From a virus (lineage: Duplodnaviria > Caudoviricetes), in the IMG/VR virus record IMGVR_UViG_3300016667_001153, positions 1 to 45,459 of that record: a DNA stretch of 45,459 bases. One strand, 5' to 3'. Shown one piece after another: positions 17,909 through 28,111 of this stretch; within the stretch, counting starts at the first letter, position 1, and each line of letters opens with the position of its first letter. A program made the position numbers and the translations under genes. A model generated the notes under the pieces. It saw nothing but the letters and a program-made list of their open reading frames with translations. It did not search any database and was not told the DNA's origin.

Positions 17909-19624
17909 TCAGGGAACCTTTCTTGCGTTCCGGCGTGCGTAGTCGCGAAGGAAGTCGATTTCACGCTGGGTCGGCATGGTGCCGACGTCATCGGCCTGCT
18001 TGTTGAGCAGGTTGATCTGCTCCTGCATGGTGGGCAGCAATCCCTTGAATCCGCTGATCCTCGAACCAACGTTCATGAGGAACGACGGATCGGCTTGCAT
18101 TTCCTTCGACAGCGTGGAAGCGCGAATCGAATCCAGGCGGTTGCGCTCCGATTGGGGGAGCATTGCAAGGTCGGAAGCCGTCACGTCGTACGCCTGCTGG
18201 CCGGCAAGAATGCGGTCCAACTTGGTCTGCAACACCTGAAGGCCCTTGATTGCAACATCCTGGTCGTCAAGCTTGGCAAGGATTGAGAGTGCCGAGTCGC
18301 GCGCGTGCTGGTAGTACTGCTGGTTGGCATCCGCGGCAGCCATTGCATTTCGCGCCGCGGCGGACTTGTTGTAGGCATCGTCGGCTCCCAAAGACACAAG
18401 CTTGTCAAGCTCGTAACCTACAACGGACATAAAGCTTGGAGTGCCATCGTTACTTGCGCCAGGGTCATACCAAGTACCAAGGTCCTTGCCGCGTTCGGCA
18501 ACGACCTTTGCGTGATTCTGGCGAGCGAGCATGAACTGCTCGCTTGCAAGTTCAGCGTAATTCTTCACGGCAACTCGGATGACCTGCGGTGGAACGCCGG
18601 CTGCAGTCAGAGACTGAGCAAACATCGCCGGCGTCATCTTGTCGTCCTTCATTGCCGCGCTCAAAGCTTCCTGGATGGATGCGCTCGGGATCTTGCCGCC
18701 CATGCGGTTGGCAATTTCCGTGGCGATCGAGTCCATCATCAGGCCCTGTGCGCGCGAGCGAACCGAATCCTGGTTAACGCGACCCACCAGCACCTGGCCG
18801 GCTATATCGGAAGATGGTGCAACAAAATCAAGGAATTCAGCGCCCGCGGGAATGGACTCGCCCGAACGGTCCGGCGCATTCCAGCTTCCGGTAAAACCAC
18901 CTTCCTTCACGGCTCCGAAACGAAGACGCCAATCGTTGCCTTCGTTTGCCATGATGGTGGTCTGGTCGGCAAGACGCTTTGCTTCAGCAGCGGCAATCGC
19001 GTTCTTGGCTGCTTCGGAACCGATCTTCGAGTTCTGGGTGGACTGTTCAGTCAACGTCTTGACGGTGTCGTCAATCCCTGACTTGAATGAATTCAAGCCG
19101 CCAATGGTGGCATCACGGCCCTGCTGGATCCCCACAAGGTCGGCCTGCAACTGGGCCATCTTGTTGAAGAGATCCATCGCGTCCTTCTGCTTCTTTGCCT
19201 TCTCTTCGCCGCTGAGCTTCATGCTCTCGAGTTCTGCAGCGCGCATCTCAGCCTGCGTGGCCATCATGTCGCGCATCTTGGCAGCCTCAGCATCGGAACG
19301 CTGCTTTTCGATGGCAAGCAAGTTTTCGCGGTTCTTTTGATTCTCGCCGGCTGCAAACGTCTGTGCATTCGCGGCCATGCTCTTTTCGGCATCCAGCTTC
19401 TTGTTGAGCTCGAATGTCCGCTGTTGATTCTCCATGCCCTGCATGTCGCGAGCATGCTGCATCTGGTTCTGCGCCTGCTCGCGTGCAAGCTGCATGTTCT
19501 GGTTTGAGATCATGCCTCGCATCCCCATTTCGGAACGCGCAAGGCCCTGGTTCAACCAGTTGTCGAGCATGGCCCCGCCGTTCTGCGAGACCGCTCCGGT
19601 GTTTGCGTCAGGAAGATTCGGCAT
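17909..19624 (-). CDS. putative internal virion/ejection protein, coiled coil (571 aa)
   Basis: RBS AAGGAG; Ala/Gln/Met-rich helical sequence. Confidence 0.7.
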   Translation of the reverse strand: MPNLPDANTGAVSQNGGAMLDNWLNQGLARSEMGMRGMISNQNMQLAREQAQNQMQHARDMQGMENQQRTFELNKKLDAEKSMAANAQTFAAGENQKNRENLLAIEKQRSDAEAAKMRDMMATQAEMRAAELESMKLSGEEKAKKQKDAMDLFNKMAQLQADLVGIQQGRDATIGGLNSFKSGIDDTVKTLTEQSTQNSKIGSEAAKNAIAAAEAKRLADQTTIMANEGNDWRLRFGAVKEGGFTGSWNAPDRSGESIPAGAEFLDFVAPSSDIAGQVLVGRVNQDSVRSRAQGLMMDSIATEIANRMGGKIPSASIQEALSAAMKDDKMTPAMFAQSLTAAGVPPQVIRVAVKNYAELASEQFMLARQNHAKVVAERGKDLGTWYDPGASNDGTPSFMSVVGYELDKLVSLGADDAYNKSAAARNAMAAADANQQYYQHARDSALSILAKLDDQDVAIKGLQVLQTKLDRILAGQQAYDVTASDLAMLPQSERNRLDSIRASTLSKEMQADPSFLMNVGSRISGFKGLLPTMQEQINLLNKQADDVGTMPTQREIDFLRDYARRNARKVP

Positions 19625-19642
19625 GTGTCGCTTGCTCCTTGA

Positions 19643-20980
19643 TTACCGGTAGAGTCCGCCGATGAGGCTGGCAACGCCGCCAGAGACGCGGCTGTTGGGG
19701 CCATTGCCCTGTGCCTTCATCATGGCGATGATGGTGTCGGCGATCTGCGGAAGGCCGAACGGCATGTTGTCGTAGAACTGCGCCTTGAGCGAGTCGCCGG
19801 CAAGCCGCGCCTGCATGGCGTCGGCAATCGACTTGTTGACCAGGCCGGACGCAAACGAATGCTGCGTGGCAAGGTAGTTGGCTGCCGCGCTGGCGGCCTG
19901 CGACCCAAGCTGCGCCGCGCCAAGACCCATGTTCCCGAGCGCGGACGTGTTGGATGCGTTCAGGCTTGCCAAGTTCGAGCCGACCCCCACCTGCATGTTG
20001 GCAAGCGCGCTGCGTGCACCGAGCAGTGCGTTTGCGCCCTCCTGCTCGGCATTCGACGCGAACGCCTGGCGCTGCTGGGCAACTCGGTTGTTCAGGTTGT
20101 CCATCTCGACGCGGCGTTCCTCGTCGGTCATGTTGGGGTTGGACATGATTTCCTGCTTGGCCTTCTGGACGGACTGCTCGATGCCAAGCACGCCGGACGA
20201 AATCGACTCCTTGTTGAAGAAGTCGCGGTCTGCAATGGCCTTCTGCATCGTGTCGATGCCGCCCTGCATATCCTTGCGGGCCTGCGCCTCGCCAGCGCGC
20301 GCGCGCGCCGTGGCTTGATTGACGGCGTCGTAGCCCTTCTGGCCCTGCTGCATCATGGCGTCATAGCCCTGCTGGCCAATGCTCATCGCCTTGTCGGCGT
20401 CCGCACGGGCCTGGTCAAGACGCTGCTGGTTCATCGCCATCGTGCGATCAACGTCGGAAATCAGTCCGCCCATGCCGTTGCGGAGCTGTTCACGCGCGCC
20501 AGCCAGGTTGGAATAGTCGCGAGCCAGCGCCTCGGCAATGTGCTCGCCGGCAAGCCCTTGGCCCCTTGAGCCAGCCAAGCCTTGCATGGGATCCGCGACT
20601 ATTGTTCGCTGCCCAAGGAAAGTCTTTCCGCTTTCCGGCCTGAACGAATTCATCTGCAGGTGCGTGCCAAGCGTCGGATTGCCGGCAAGCGTATGGAAGT
20701 TGGGAAGATACCAAGGCTTGTCCTGCACATCCCACATTGATCCGGAGACGCCGCCTCCGGTGATCGGACGCGCAAACGATTGAGACGGGGCAAAGGAACG
20801 CTGCGGAGGAGAGGCCTGTGCGGTCTGCTGCTGCTGGCCGCCACGCGACATGAAGCTGGGACGCCAGCCATTCGGAACAAAAGACGAGCCGGCATTGTCC
20901 GCAATGACGCCCTGCCCTGCCTGGCCGCGCTGCTGGCTGCCAAGGAAGTTCGACGCCCAGTTGAAGGGGGAGTTAGGCAT
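19643..20980 (-). CDS. putative DNA-transfer/ejection protein (445 aa)
   Basis: Start MPNSPF overlaps the upstream stop; Gly/Ala/Gln-rich like podovirus pilot proteins. Confidence 0.65.
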   Translation of the reverse strand: MPNSPFNWASNFLGSQQRGQAGQGVIADNAGSSFVPNGWRPSFMSRGGQQQQTAQASPPQRSFAPSQSFARPITGGGVSGSMWDVQDKPWYLPNFHTLAGNPTLGTHLQMNSFRPESGKTFLGQRTIVADPMQGLAGSRGQGLAGEHIAEALARDYSNLAGAREQLRNGMGGLISDVDRTMAMNQQRLDQARADADKAMSIGQQGYDAMMQQGQKGYDAVNQATARARAGEAQARKDMQGGIDTMQKAIADRDFFNKESISSGVLGIEQSVQKAKQEIMSNPNMTDEERRVEMDNLNNRVAQQRQAFASNAEQEGANALLGARSALANMQVGVGSNLASLNASNTSALGNMGLGAAQLGSQAASAAANYLATQHSFASGLVNKSIADAMQARLAGDSLKAQFYDNMPFGLPQIADTIIAMMKAQGNGPNSRVSGGVASLIGGLYR

Positions 20981-23615
20981 AGTTTCTGCTTGTCCTCTCT
21001 GTTCCAAGAATACGGCCCTTCACCGCAAAAGCAACGATCCTGAAGTCCATGCAGACCGCATAGATCTCAATGCCGGCACTCGGGTTTGGGTCCATGATTC
21101 CATGCGTGCCGAAGGCGGCCGCAATCGGTGTCACGCCTTCGGCAATGGAAGTCGTTGCGGTCCCGTCCGGCTTGTTTGAGAAACCGGACGCGGTCGCGGT
21201 GCCGGAATCGCCCTTGTACGCCAACGCACGCCACTTGCCGTCACCGTCCGATACAACGCCCGGCGACAGCTGGACGCCGCGGAAGATCACGGTGACGCCC
21301 GTGACCTGCTTGACCATCATGAACCCACCGGCTGCCGTGTTGCCTGGGATGCCCGTCCCGCCAGGAAGGGGCGCGGTCTCCGCTCGCACGACCATGGAAT
21401 TCAAGATGAACCTGAACGTCTCGCCGCTGGTGGGGAGCGTCCCAAGGATGGGCTTCACGGTGGGCGTGTCGCTTGCCGTGATGCCCACCACCTTGAACGT
21501 GTTGCCGATGTCAGACGACGAACGCGTGCTGCTCAGGACGCGGCCGTACATGCCAAGGGTCCGCCACGTCGGCGTCCACGGGGTCGCCGGCGGCGTGTAG
21601 GAAAGGTCGTAGTTCGATGCATTCGCCGTGGCCGTACAGGTCGTGCGCCGTTCTCCGGGGCCGTCGATGGTCCCATAGTGGTACGCATTGTTGGTGGTGT
21701 CGGTCGGCGTCTGCTTCCGGTCTATTCCGGATACAGCTGGGACCATCAGCCTTGGACGGTAGCCGGTCGTCTTGGCCGTGTGAACCAGATCGGACGGGCT
21801 GAGCAGGAAAAGCGCACGCTCCTGCAGTTCAGACGAATACGTGTCGGCGTCGTTTGGCCACCAGCCGCTGGCGCACTTCTTGAAGCCGACGTCGTGGATT
21901 TCGCTCACGGTCCCCGACGAGAACCACAGGATTGCAATCTTGCCCTTGTTTGGGTTCAGCAGGTAGATGCAGGTCGTCGATGGGCTCGTGGCAAGCGACA
22001 CCGAACCAAGGTCGTTTGCCCAATCAACCGACACCAACCAATCGAGTGCCTGAACCTCGTCAAGCCGGCCGTCCGCATAGACGCTCTTCACGCCCTGCTT
22101 GGTGACGTAGTACACCATTGGGCCGATGCTTGAACAGGCTGCTGGGTTGACGATCCCGAATCCAGAATGCGCCGGGGTGACGCGTACGTACGCGCCGTCG
22201 CGAACGATGAAATACGCGCGCGACTGCGAAAGACCCACCAGCGCCTGGCCGGCACGGCAATAGGCAATTGGCGTGTCTCCGAACGCCTCTGGCGTCCAGC
22301 GTCCCCTGGTGGCAAACAGTTCGTACGAACCATCGGTCGCGCTCGACCAGCGGATCTCGCCAACGGACTTCATCTGGTCCTGCGTGTCGGCATCCTGGCT
22401 CTTGATCTTCGAGATGACCAGCTGGTTGTCCAGCGTGGCGATTGCCCCACCCCACGGCACGTCGCTCAGGAATGAAGTGCCATCAAGGAACACGTCCTGC
22501 ATCACCAGCACGCGGTCACTGTTTGTGACGGCATACGCCCACTTGATGACCGATGCGCCGAGCGCAGGGCTCCAGACGGGGTTCGTGGCAGGCGTGATTG
22601 CCTTGTCCGTCGCCTTGAAAGTGGCCTCGAGCTGCAGGATGCCGGCGGTGAAGACGCCGGCGGCGTTTGCGCTGCGCACGCTGCGCCAGATCTTGACCGT
22701 GTCGTACTTGTCCGTGTCGAGTATGCCGACGATGGAAAGCCTGCGGTCCGCGCCCGTCCACGTCACGGAAGCGGAGTTGGAAAGCTGCGAGCGGCGACCG
22801 GTCGTGGAGTCCTCGAATTGGACCGCAAACGAGTAGTTGCCGGCCTTGAACTTCTCAGACGCGTTCCAATCCGTGGAGTTCGGCGCCCAGTTGGTGGGCG
22901 CGGTCCACGTTCCCGTAACCGCCTGCGTGCTGTAGATCACGAATGAGCCAGGCGGGTTTCCCACCGTGGCTGGATCCGGAAGCTGCGCCGTCGTGGGCGT
23001 AAACGCCGCTCCGCCGTTGATTGCCGTTTCCGACCACGTCTGCGTCGGCTTGGCGCCGGGACCTGCGGTTGTCAGCTTCAACGTCGATCCGCTGAAGCAG
23101 ATTGCCTTCGGGGCCTGCCCGGACACGGCCACGTACACGACGCGAGGCGTGCAGGTGACGTCAACCGCATAGTTGGTCCCAAGGAGCGCATTCCCGGCGG
23201 AACCCTCGGTCACGACCTTGTAGAACTTCACGCCCGTGTCAGTGCGGTATCCCTCCATGATGAGGTCGCGCGTCGAGCTGCTCGGGCGGGTGGCGATGTA
23301 GACGATTCCGTACGCCCAGTTGGACGACCCGATCCGCATCGAGAACGGCCAGAAGTCGACCACGTCCATGAGGTTCGTGTTCGTCGCGTATGGGTTGACG
23401 TTCGAGTTGTTGGGGAAATCCGTGCCGGCAAGGTTTTCGGGCCCAAAGACCCACGCCTCGCGGAAACCCGAATTGAGCACCATGGCGCCCTGGTTGGTGC
23501 CGTCGATCCCCACCAGCTCCCAGATGGGGCTGTTGGATGCACCGCTCTTCCAGCACTCCTTGGATTCGGAGGCCTTGATGGTTGGGACCGGCCATGTGGT
23601 GTCGTTGTCTGCCAC
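20973..23615 (-). CDS. tail tubular/nozzle (P22 gp10 or T7 gp12-type) protein (880 aa)
   Basis: Size, beta-propeller-like repeats (IRWS, GFGIVNP, VYYVTKQG) and position before the ejection genes. Confidence 0.6.
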   Translation of the reverse strand: MADNDTTWPVPTIKASESKECWKSGASNSPIWELVGIDGTNQGAMVLNSGFREAWVFGPENLAGTDFPNNSNVNPYATNTNLMDVVDFWPFSMRIGSSNWAYGIVYIATRPSSSTRDLIMEGYRTDTGVKFYKVVTEGSAGNALLGTNYAVDVTCTPRVVYVAVSGQAPKAICFSGSTLKLTTAGPGAKPTQTWSETAINGGAAFTPTTAQLPDPATVGNPPGSFVIYSTQAVTGTWTAPTNWAPNSTDWNASEKFKAGNYSFAVQFEDSTTGRRSQLSNSASVTWTGADRRLSIVGILDTDKYDTVKIWRSVRSANAAGVFTAGILQLEATFKATDKAITPATNPVWSPALGASVIKWAYAVTNSDRVLVMQDVFLDGTSFLSDVPWGGAIATLDNQLVISKIKSQDADTQDQMKSVGEIRWSSATDGSYELFATRGRWTPEAFGDTPIAYCRAGQALVGLSQSRAYFIVRDGAYVRVTPAHSGFGIVNPAACSSIGPMVYYVTKQGVKSVYADGRLDEVQALDWLVSVDWANDLGSVSLATSPSTTCIYLLNPNKGKIAILWFSSGTVSEIHDVGFKKCASGWWPNDADTYSSELQERALFLLSPSDLVHTAKTTGYRPRLMVPAVSGIDRKQTPTDTTNNAYHYGTIDGPGERRTTCTATANASNYDLSYTPPATPWTPTWRTLGMYGRVLSSTRSSSDIGNTFKVVGITASDTPTVKPILGTLPTSGETFRFILNSMVVRAETAPLPGGTGIPGNTAAGGFMMVKQVTGVTVIFRGVQLSPGVVSDGDGKWRALAYKGDSGTATASGFSNKPDGTATTSIAEGVTPIAAAFGTHGIMDPNPSAGIEIYAVCMDFRIVAFAVKGRILGTERTSRNYA

Positions 23616-23624
23616 GGTGTTATT

Positions 23625-23963
23625 TTACGGTTCCGCAAGCCATTTCCCAACGGGGCATTTCTCGCTTGCGATGCGAACCTTGGAATAGAGGTAGCAGCCG
23701 CAACGGAGGCATCGGCCGAGATCGTTGTCCGGGCAACGCGTGCAGATGCCCTTCCGGATCGACAGTTCGGTTGCGGACGGCTCCCGGTGCATGCCGAGGT
23801 TCTGGGCAACGAACGATGCTGCACCCTTGAGGGTCGGCGCGGGCATCTCGCGAGGCTTCTCTTCCTTGACCTTTTCAATCGACGAGATGATTGGCGAATC
23901 GCCCGAATCGTCGATGACGATGACGTGCGGTCCCTGGCGAGCAATGATCCTGAGTGAGATCAT
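23625..23963 (-). CDS. small Cys-rich protein (DUF6171-like, 112 aa)
   Basis: C-terminal R..ICTRC..N..RCLRCGC...K...ASEKCPVGKW. Confidence 0.7.
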   Translation of the reverse strand: MISLRIIARQGPHVIVIDDSGDSPIISSIEKVKEEKPREMPAPTLKGAASFVAQNLGMHREPSATELSIRKGICTRCPDNDLGRCLRCGCYLYSKVRIASEKCPVGKWLAEP

Positions 23964-24997
23964 CAGATTTCCGTGAGTGTGATGGTTGGAGGCACGTTAA
24001 CGAGCGCGGCCTGATACAGGCTGTATGCGTCGTTTCCAGATGTTGCCGGCGGCCAGTTGGCCGGGTACGGCGGGTAGACAATGCATTCGTAGTTTTGGTA
24101 TGGGTAATAGCCGGTTGTGCTGCCGCCAAACCCACCGCCTGTTCCAGGAGGAGGCGCGTTGATTTGCCAGTACACGAGCTTCCAATTCCCGACAACGCCA
24201 CCGCTGGCAATGTCAGGAACATAAGTCAACCTGATGCAGCCCGCATATTGTGGATACGGGTATGAGCCGGCACCGTTCCAGTACGGCGCGCTGATCATGT
24301 TCGGCTGTCCGCCTTCTTGGCTGCAAATTGGATACGAATAGCAGCCGCCTTTGCAATCGTTTGCGGTTCCCGTTTTTGGCCCGGTGCGTCCATGAATCCA
24401 GGGACGTATGTAGACGGTGATCCCGCTTGAGCATGGCGTGTATGAGCCGAAAGTGATGTCGGGAATCCCGTTGAGATCCTGCGTGACCGCCGTCCGAACA
24501 AGCGAAGACTCGTACAACGACGTTGTTCCCGGCCAGCAGCACGCGTTTGCACCACCAGGGCAACCTGCGCTGCTGTAGACCTTCGGAATCCTTATTGTGG
24601 CAGAGCCGCTCCATGAATATGCGTAACCGCATTCATGCCATGGAGGTGTCACGCATGGGTTGTTGCACCAGTCGACGCAAGCGTAGTCACCGCCGTTGAA
24701 TCCGGTGGCAATCATCGAAACAACGCCCGGCGTGCAGATGATTTTCTGGATGCATGTTCCAAACTCATCAACGTCGTACTTGAGCGTGGCTTCCTGGGCA
24801 AGCGCAACGGTGCCTGTTGCGTTGAACGTGAACTGCAGGTCCCTGCACCTTGCACTCGTTGAATCAACCCAGCATTGCGACGTGCCGACATTTGGATCGG
24901 CGTTCGGCGGGATGACCGTGTTTGGGCCGCAATTGAACGATGCGGCGCACTTGATGCACGTGCAGGTGCAGCAGCATCTCCTTGCGTTGATGCTCAT
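23963..24997 (-). CDS. Cys-rich putative tail tip / receptor-binding protein (344 aa)
   Basis: N-terminal RRCCCTCTCIKC; 24 Cys by my count; Tyr/Pro/Gly-rich; lower GC than flanks. Confidence 0.65.
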   Translation of the reverse strand: MSINARRCCCTCTCIKCAASFNCGPNTVIPPNADPNVGTSQCWVDSTSARCRDLQFTFNATGTVALAQEATLKYDVDEFGTCIQKIICTPGVVSMIATGFNGGDYACVDWCNNPCVTPPWHECGYAYSWSGSATIRIPKVYSSAGCPGGANACCWPGTTSLYESSLVRTAVTQDLNGIPDITFGSYTPCSSGITVYIRPWIHGRTGPKTGTANDCKGGCYSYPICSQEGGQPNMISAPYWNGAGSYPYPQYAGCIRLTYVPDIASGGVVGNWKLVYWQINAPPPGTGGGFGGSTTGYYPYQNYECIVYPPYPANWPPATSGNDAYSLYQAALVNVPPTITLTEI

Positions 24998-25995
24998 GGG
25001 CAGGTGCCGTAGACGAAGTTGTTGGCCGAGAAGAAGTACACGCTGCCGATCTTCCAGACCTGAACGAACTGGTACTGCCTTGCCGCGCCGATGTAGTAGC
25101 CGGTGTAGTCGGTCAGCGGGAGATCGCCGGTCCCGGCAACGCTGCTGATGTTGTATCCGTTCGCGGTCGTCGTGCCGGTGTTCGCGGTTTCCTCGAGGTT
25201 GTACGCGGTGATGTTCAGCGGGTTCGCGCCGTCGTACGTCGTCGAGGTCTGCATGAAAGGCCAGGTTGCCTTGCTTTCCTGTCGTTCAAGCGAATACGCC
25301 CAATACGCGTTTCCTGCGATCCTGACCGAGGACGAGATCTTGTACCAGCCCATCCACTGCTTCGTGTACGCAGTCACCCGGCCGAACGTGTCGACGGTCA
25401 TGTCCGACACCACGCCAAGGCTGGTGGGGGCCGTCACCGTAATCGTCTTGAGGGTAAGTGGGGATGTCGATGCAAAGGAGTTCGTCGAGTCGTAGCTCAA
25501 CGCAAGAGAGATCGACGACGAAAAGCTTGAGCCGCTCTGCGCCAGCGGAGGCGAAGCGGTGAGCGTGCCTGCCGTTCCGGAACCGGTGAACACCGCGGTC
25601 AGGTTTCCGTTCCCGTCGTCGGTGACATTCACCGATCCGTCAAGCAGCACGCTTGTCGGCTGGCTGACGGTCGTCAACACCGGCGATGCACCGGACGTGT
25701 CGTAGTACAGGATCTGGATGTCGGACCCACCAGCCTGCGAGAGCTGGAACTGGGGAGGTGCGCCGAATTCGCCGATTGATCCCGTGACCGCCGAAGGGAT
25801 GTTGAACGGTGCGTATCCGCCGTAATTCTGCAGGTTCAGGACGGGGAACGGCGCGTAGGGCTGCGATGCAGCCGACGATGGATTGCCGATTCCAGGCACG
25901 AACGGTGTCGCGCCACCGTCCATGCCGAACGAGAACTGCGGGCCGTAGACGTTCCTTTGGCCCATTCCATCCGTGTCGAGGCCGTCCTTGCTCAC
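24994..25995 (-). CDS. putative tail fibre/tail protein (333 aa)
   Basis: Ser/Thr/Gly-rich; MTVDTFGRVT is a typical tail-fibre shaft motif; ends in GTCP. Confidence 0.65.
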   Translation of the reverse strand: MSKDGLDTDGMGQRNVYGPQFSFGMDGGATPFVPGIGNPSSAASQPYAPFPVLNLQNYGGYAPFNIPSAVTGSIGEFGAPPQFQLSQAGGSDIQILYYDTSGASPVLTTVSQPTSVLLDGSVNVTDDGNGNLTAVFTGSGTAGTLTASPPLAQSGSSFSSSISLALSYDSTNSFASTSPLTLKTITVTAPTSLGVVSDMTVDTFGRVTAYTKQWMGWYKISSSVRIAGNAYWAYSLERQESKATWPFMQTSTTYDGANPLNITAYNLEETANTGTTTANGYNISSVAGTGDLPLTDYTGYYIGAARQYQFVQVWKIGSVYFFSANNFVYGTCP

Positions 25996-26894
25996 AGATT
26001 TCTCCAGTCGGACAACTTGTTGTCGACCGTGTTCCTCTCGAAGTACTTGGGCACGCGCATCTGGCGGTTGGAGAAGTGATCCATCGCGGTCTTCATCGCA
26101 TCGCGATACTGCATCTGGATCATCTGGTAATGCGACCCGCTGATCTTGCGGTACGTGCCGAGCTTCAGCGCACCCGCGGCCGCAGCAGCCTCGTACAGGG
26201 ATTCAAGACCGTACGGAGCAATCTCAAACGTGACGCTGCCCGCGGTGGCGTTGGTGAACGGGAGCCGCACGGTGGCAACGAAATTGGAACCGGACACTTC
26301 CCAAGACTCGATGAGCCGCTCCTCGACCACGCCGTTGGTGGGGAGCAGGCGCAGGATGTTCCCCGCATACGCAGATGGACGGCGGTCCATGATGCCGAGC
26401 GAAGGGGTTGCCGAGATGGCAATGGTCACGGTGTCCTTGGATGCATTGAGCGTGCCGGTGGCGACGAACGGCGCGATCTCTCCGTTGTGCATGAACTGCA
26501 GCTCCATGTCGCTGTAACTCTGGTCGGGAGCGGGGGTGAACGTGATCGTGTTTCCCTCGACCTTCCAATTCATGCCGCGAACGTGGTACTCGCTCCTGGG
26601 GACCGCCTCTCGCGTCACGGTCAGGTTGTCGTCGCGCTCGCCGATTCGCCACACTTCGCCGACGCACGGCGGAAGCTGGTAGTGCGCCGTTCCGGAAGTG
26701 AGTGGGAACGGGATCCACATCGTTATCGTCTGGGAAGACGAGTTGTTGATGCGCGATGCAATCGACGCAAACGACGGGCTGATGATGTGCTTCACCATGA
26801 ACGCGTCGTCGTACTTTGCGTCGATCTCGGGATCGTCAAGATATCCACGGGTGCGGTCAATGACGGTTCTGAGGAATCCAGCTGTAGAGTCCAT
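25992..26894 (-). CDS. head-tail adaptor / tail tubular protein A-like (300 aa)
   Basis: N-terminal helix, then Y.LP..V, W...G..I.F.P.P and C-terminal helices; position downstream of the capsid. Confidence 0.6.
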   Translation of the reverse strand: MDSTAGFLRTVIDRTRGYLDDPEIDAKYDDAFMVKHIISPSFASIASRINNSSSQTITMWIPFPLTSGTAHYQLPPCVGEVWRIGERDDNLTVTREAVPRSEYHVRGMNWKVEGNTITFTPAPDQSYSDMELQFMHNGEIAPFVATGTLNASKDTVTIAISATPSLGIMDRRPSAYAGNILRLLPTNGVVEERLIESWEVSGSNFVATVRLPFTNATAGSVTFEIAPYGLESLYEAAAAAGALKLGTYRKISGSHYQMIQMQYRDAMKTAMDHFSNRQMRVPKYFERNTVDNKLSDWRNL

Positions 26895-26895
26895 G

Positions 26896-27426
26896 TCAGC
26901 TCACCTTTGCAAGGCTCCTGATCTGTTCGCACGTCTGGCGATACGATTCGCCTCCGCGCGCGGCACCAACCCAGGGGTCCATGCCTTCCTGCAGGCGGAA
27001 CGCGGCTTCGTCAAGGCCACGACGCTTGAGCGACCGGATCGCCTGCTTCTTCTGTTCCGCATCGTCGGCCATCATGGACGCGCGCTGGGAAGCGGCGTCC
27101 TTCATGCGACGCTTCATCGCCTCGACCGTCTCGTGAATCGGGCGGCAGCGGGCAACCAGTTCATCGTCCGGCATCCAGCCGCCTCGGTCCGGAGGGATCG
27201 GGAACGCCTCAAGCTCGATGCATGCCTCCCGTCCGTACACCCACTTGGACAGGACGTAGTTGCCGGTCCTCTTGTGGTGATACATGAATAGGTCCGGGAT
27301 CTTCGTCACGCGACGCGCATGACGGATCCAATCGCCGTCAGGCATGACCTCGTGCTCCTCTCCGAGCAGCAGGCCCTGAATAACCGCCTCTTCCTTTGGA
27401 TCGAACACGACCTCGAAATCTGGCAT
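26896..27426 (-). CDS. hypothetical protein (176 aa)
   Basis: Start MPDFEVV coupled to the upstream stop (TGATG), RBS AAGGA. Confidence 0.7.
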   Translation of the reverse strand: MPDFEVVFDPKEEAVIQGLLLGEEHEVMPDGDWIRHARRVTKIPDLFMYHHKRTGNYVLSKWVYGREACIELEAFPIPPDRGGWMPDDELVARCRPIHETVEAMKRRMKDAASQRASMMADDAEQKKQAIRSLKRRGLDEAAFRLQEGMDPWVGAARGGESYRQTCEQIRSLAKVS

Positions 27427-27590
27427 CACTTGTCCTTTGCAATTCGCTTGAACGTCTTCGCAAGGTTGTACCGCTTGGTCCCCGGGCGGCAGGTGGGGCC
27501 GCCGAACTTGGATCCGGTGCAGACTCCCTTGGTGCCGCGCCGCTCGATGCTGCGCGTCGCATCCTTGATCCAATCGCTGGGCTTATCCAT
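27426..27590 (-). CDS. small basic protein (54 aa)
   Basis: MDKPSDWIKDATRSIERRGTKGVCTGSKFGGPTCRPGTKRYNLAKTFKRIAKDK; not in the ORF track; overlaps both neighbours. Confidence 0.75.
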   Translation of the reverse strand: MDKPSDWIKDATRSIERRGTKGVCTGSKFGGPTCRPGTKRYNLAKTFKRIAKDK

Positions 27591-27957
27591 TCCCAAGTTC
27601 CTTCAGCCTCCGGAGCGGAGACACCTTCCTGCCCGAAGCGCCGTTCATTCCGACCTTCGATTTCTCCGCCTTCTTCTTCGACAGCTCAGCGGACGACATC
27701 TCGCCCTTGGTCTTAGGAGTCCGCGCGTTCACGCGCTTGCTCGGCCGGCAGTACTCGTTCGACCCACCGGCGCCGCACGGCTTGCCGCTCTTGGTGTCGA
27801 CCCACTTCTCGTCAGTCCAACGCTTCAGGTTCGAGCCGGCCTGCGTCTTCCGCACCTGGCCCTTAGCCTTGCGGCACTTCGCCGTGGCCTGGGCGGCACG
27901 TGCGGACCACTTGCCGTAAGACGCCATCACCTTGTTGTAACAGGCGTCCTTCGGCAC
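27583..27957 (-). CDS. small basic protein (DUF5872-like, 124 aa)
   Basis: DACY.KV..., LKRWTDEKWVD..GKPCG and YCRPSKRV...TPKT motifs. Confidence 0.75.
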   Translation of the reverse strand: MPKDACYNKVMASYGKWSARAAQATAKCRKAKGQVRKTQAGSNLKRWTDEKWVDTKSGKPCGAGGSNEYCRPSKRVNARTPKTKGEMSSAELSKKKAEKSKVGMNGASGRKVSPLRRLKELGNG

Positions 27958-28110
27958 TCAATATCCCTTCTTGCCGAACATGCTGCTCACCTTCTTCGAG
28001 CAGCCGCAATCCGGCTTGCCGCAGGAGCACTTCTTGAACATGCCCTTCTGGTTCGTCAGTCCACGGATCTTGTCCTGCACGGACTTCACTGGGTCCTTTG
28101 AGATCTTCAT
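27958..28110 (-). CDS. small basic Cys-containing protein (50 aa)
   Basis: MKISKDPVKSVQDKIRGLTNQKGMFKKCSCGKPDCGCSKKVSSMFGKKGY; abuts both neighbours; not in the ORF track. Confidence 0.7.
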   Translation of the reverse strand: MKISKDPVKSVQDKIRGLTNQKGMFKKCSCGKPDCGCSKKVSSMFGKKGY

Positions 28111-28111
28111 G

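Noticed and set aside
23963-24997. Diversity-generating retroelement target
   Set aside because: No reverse transcriptase and no template/variable repeat pair seen.
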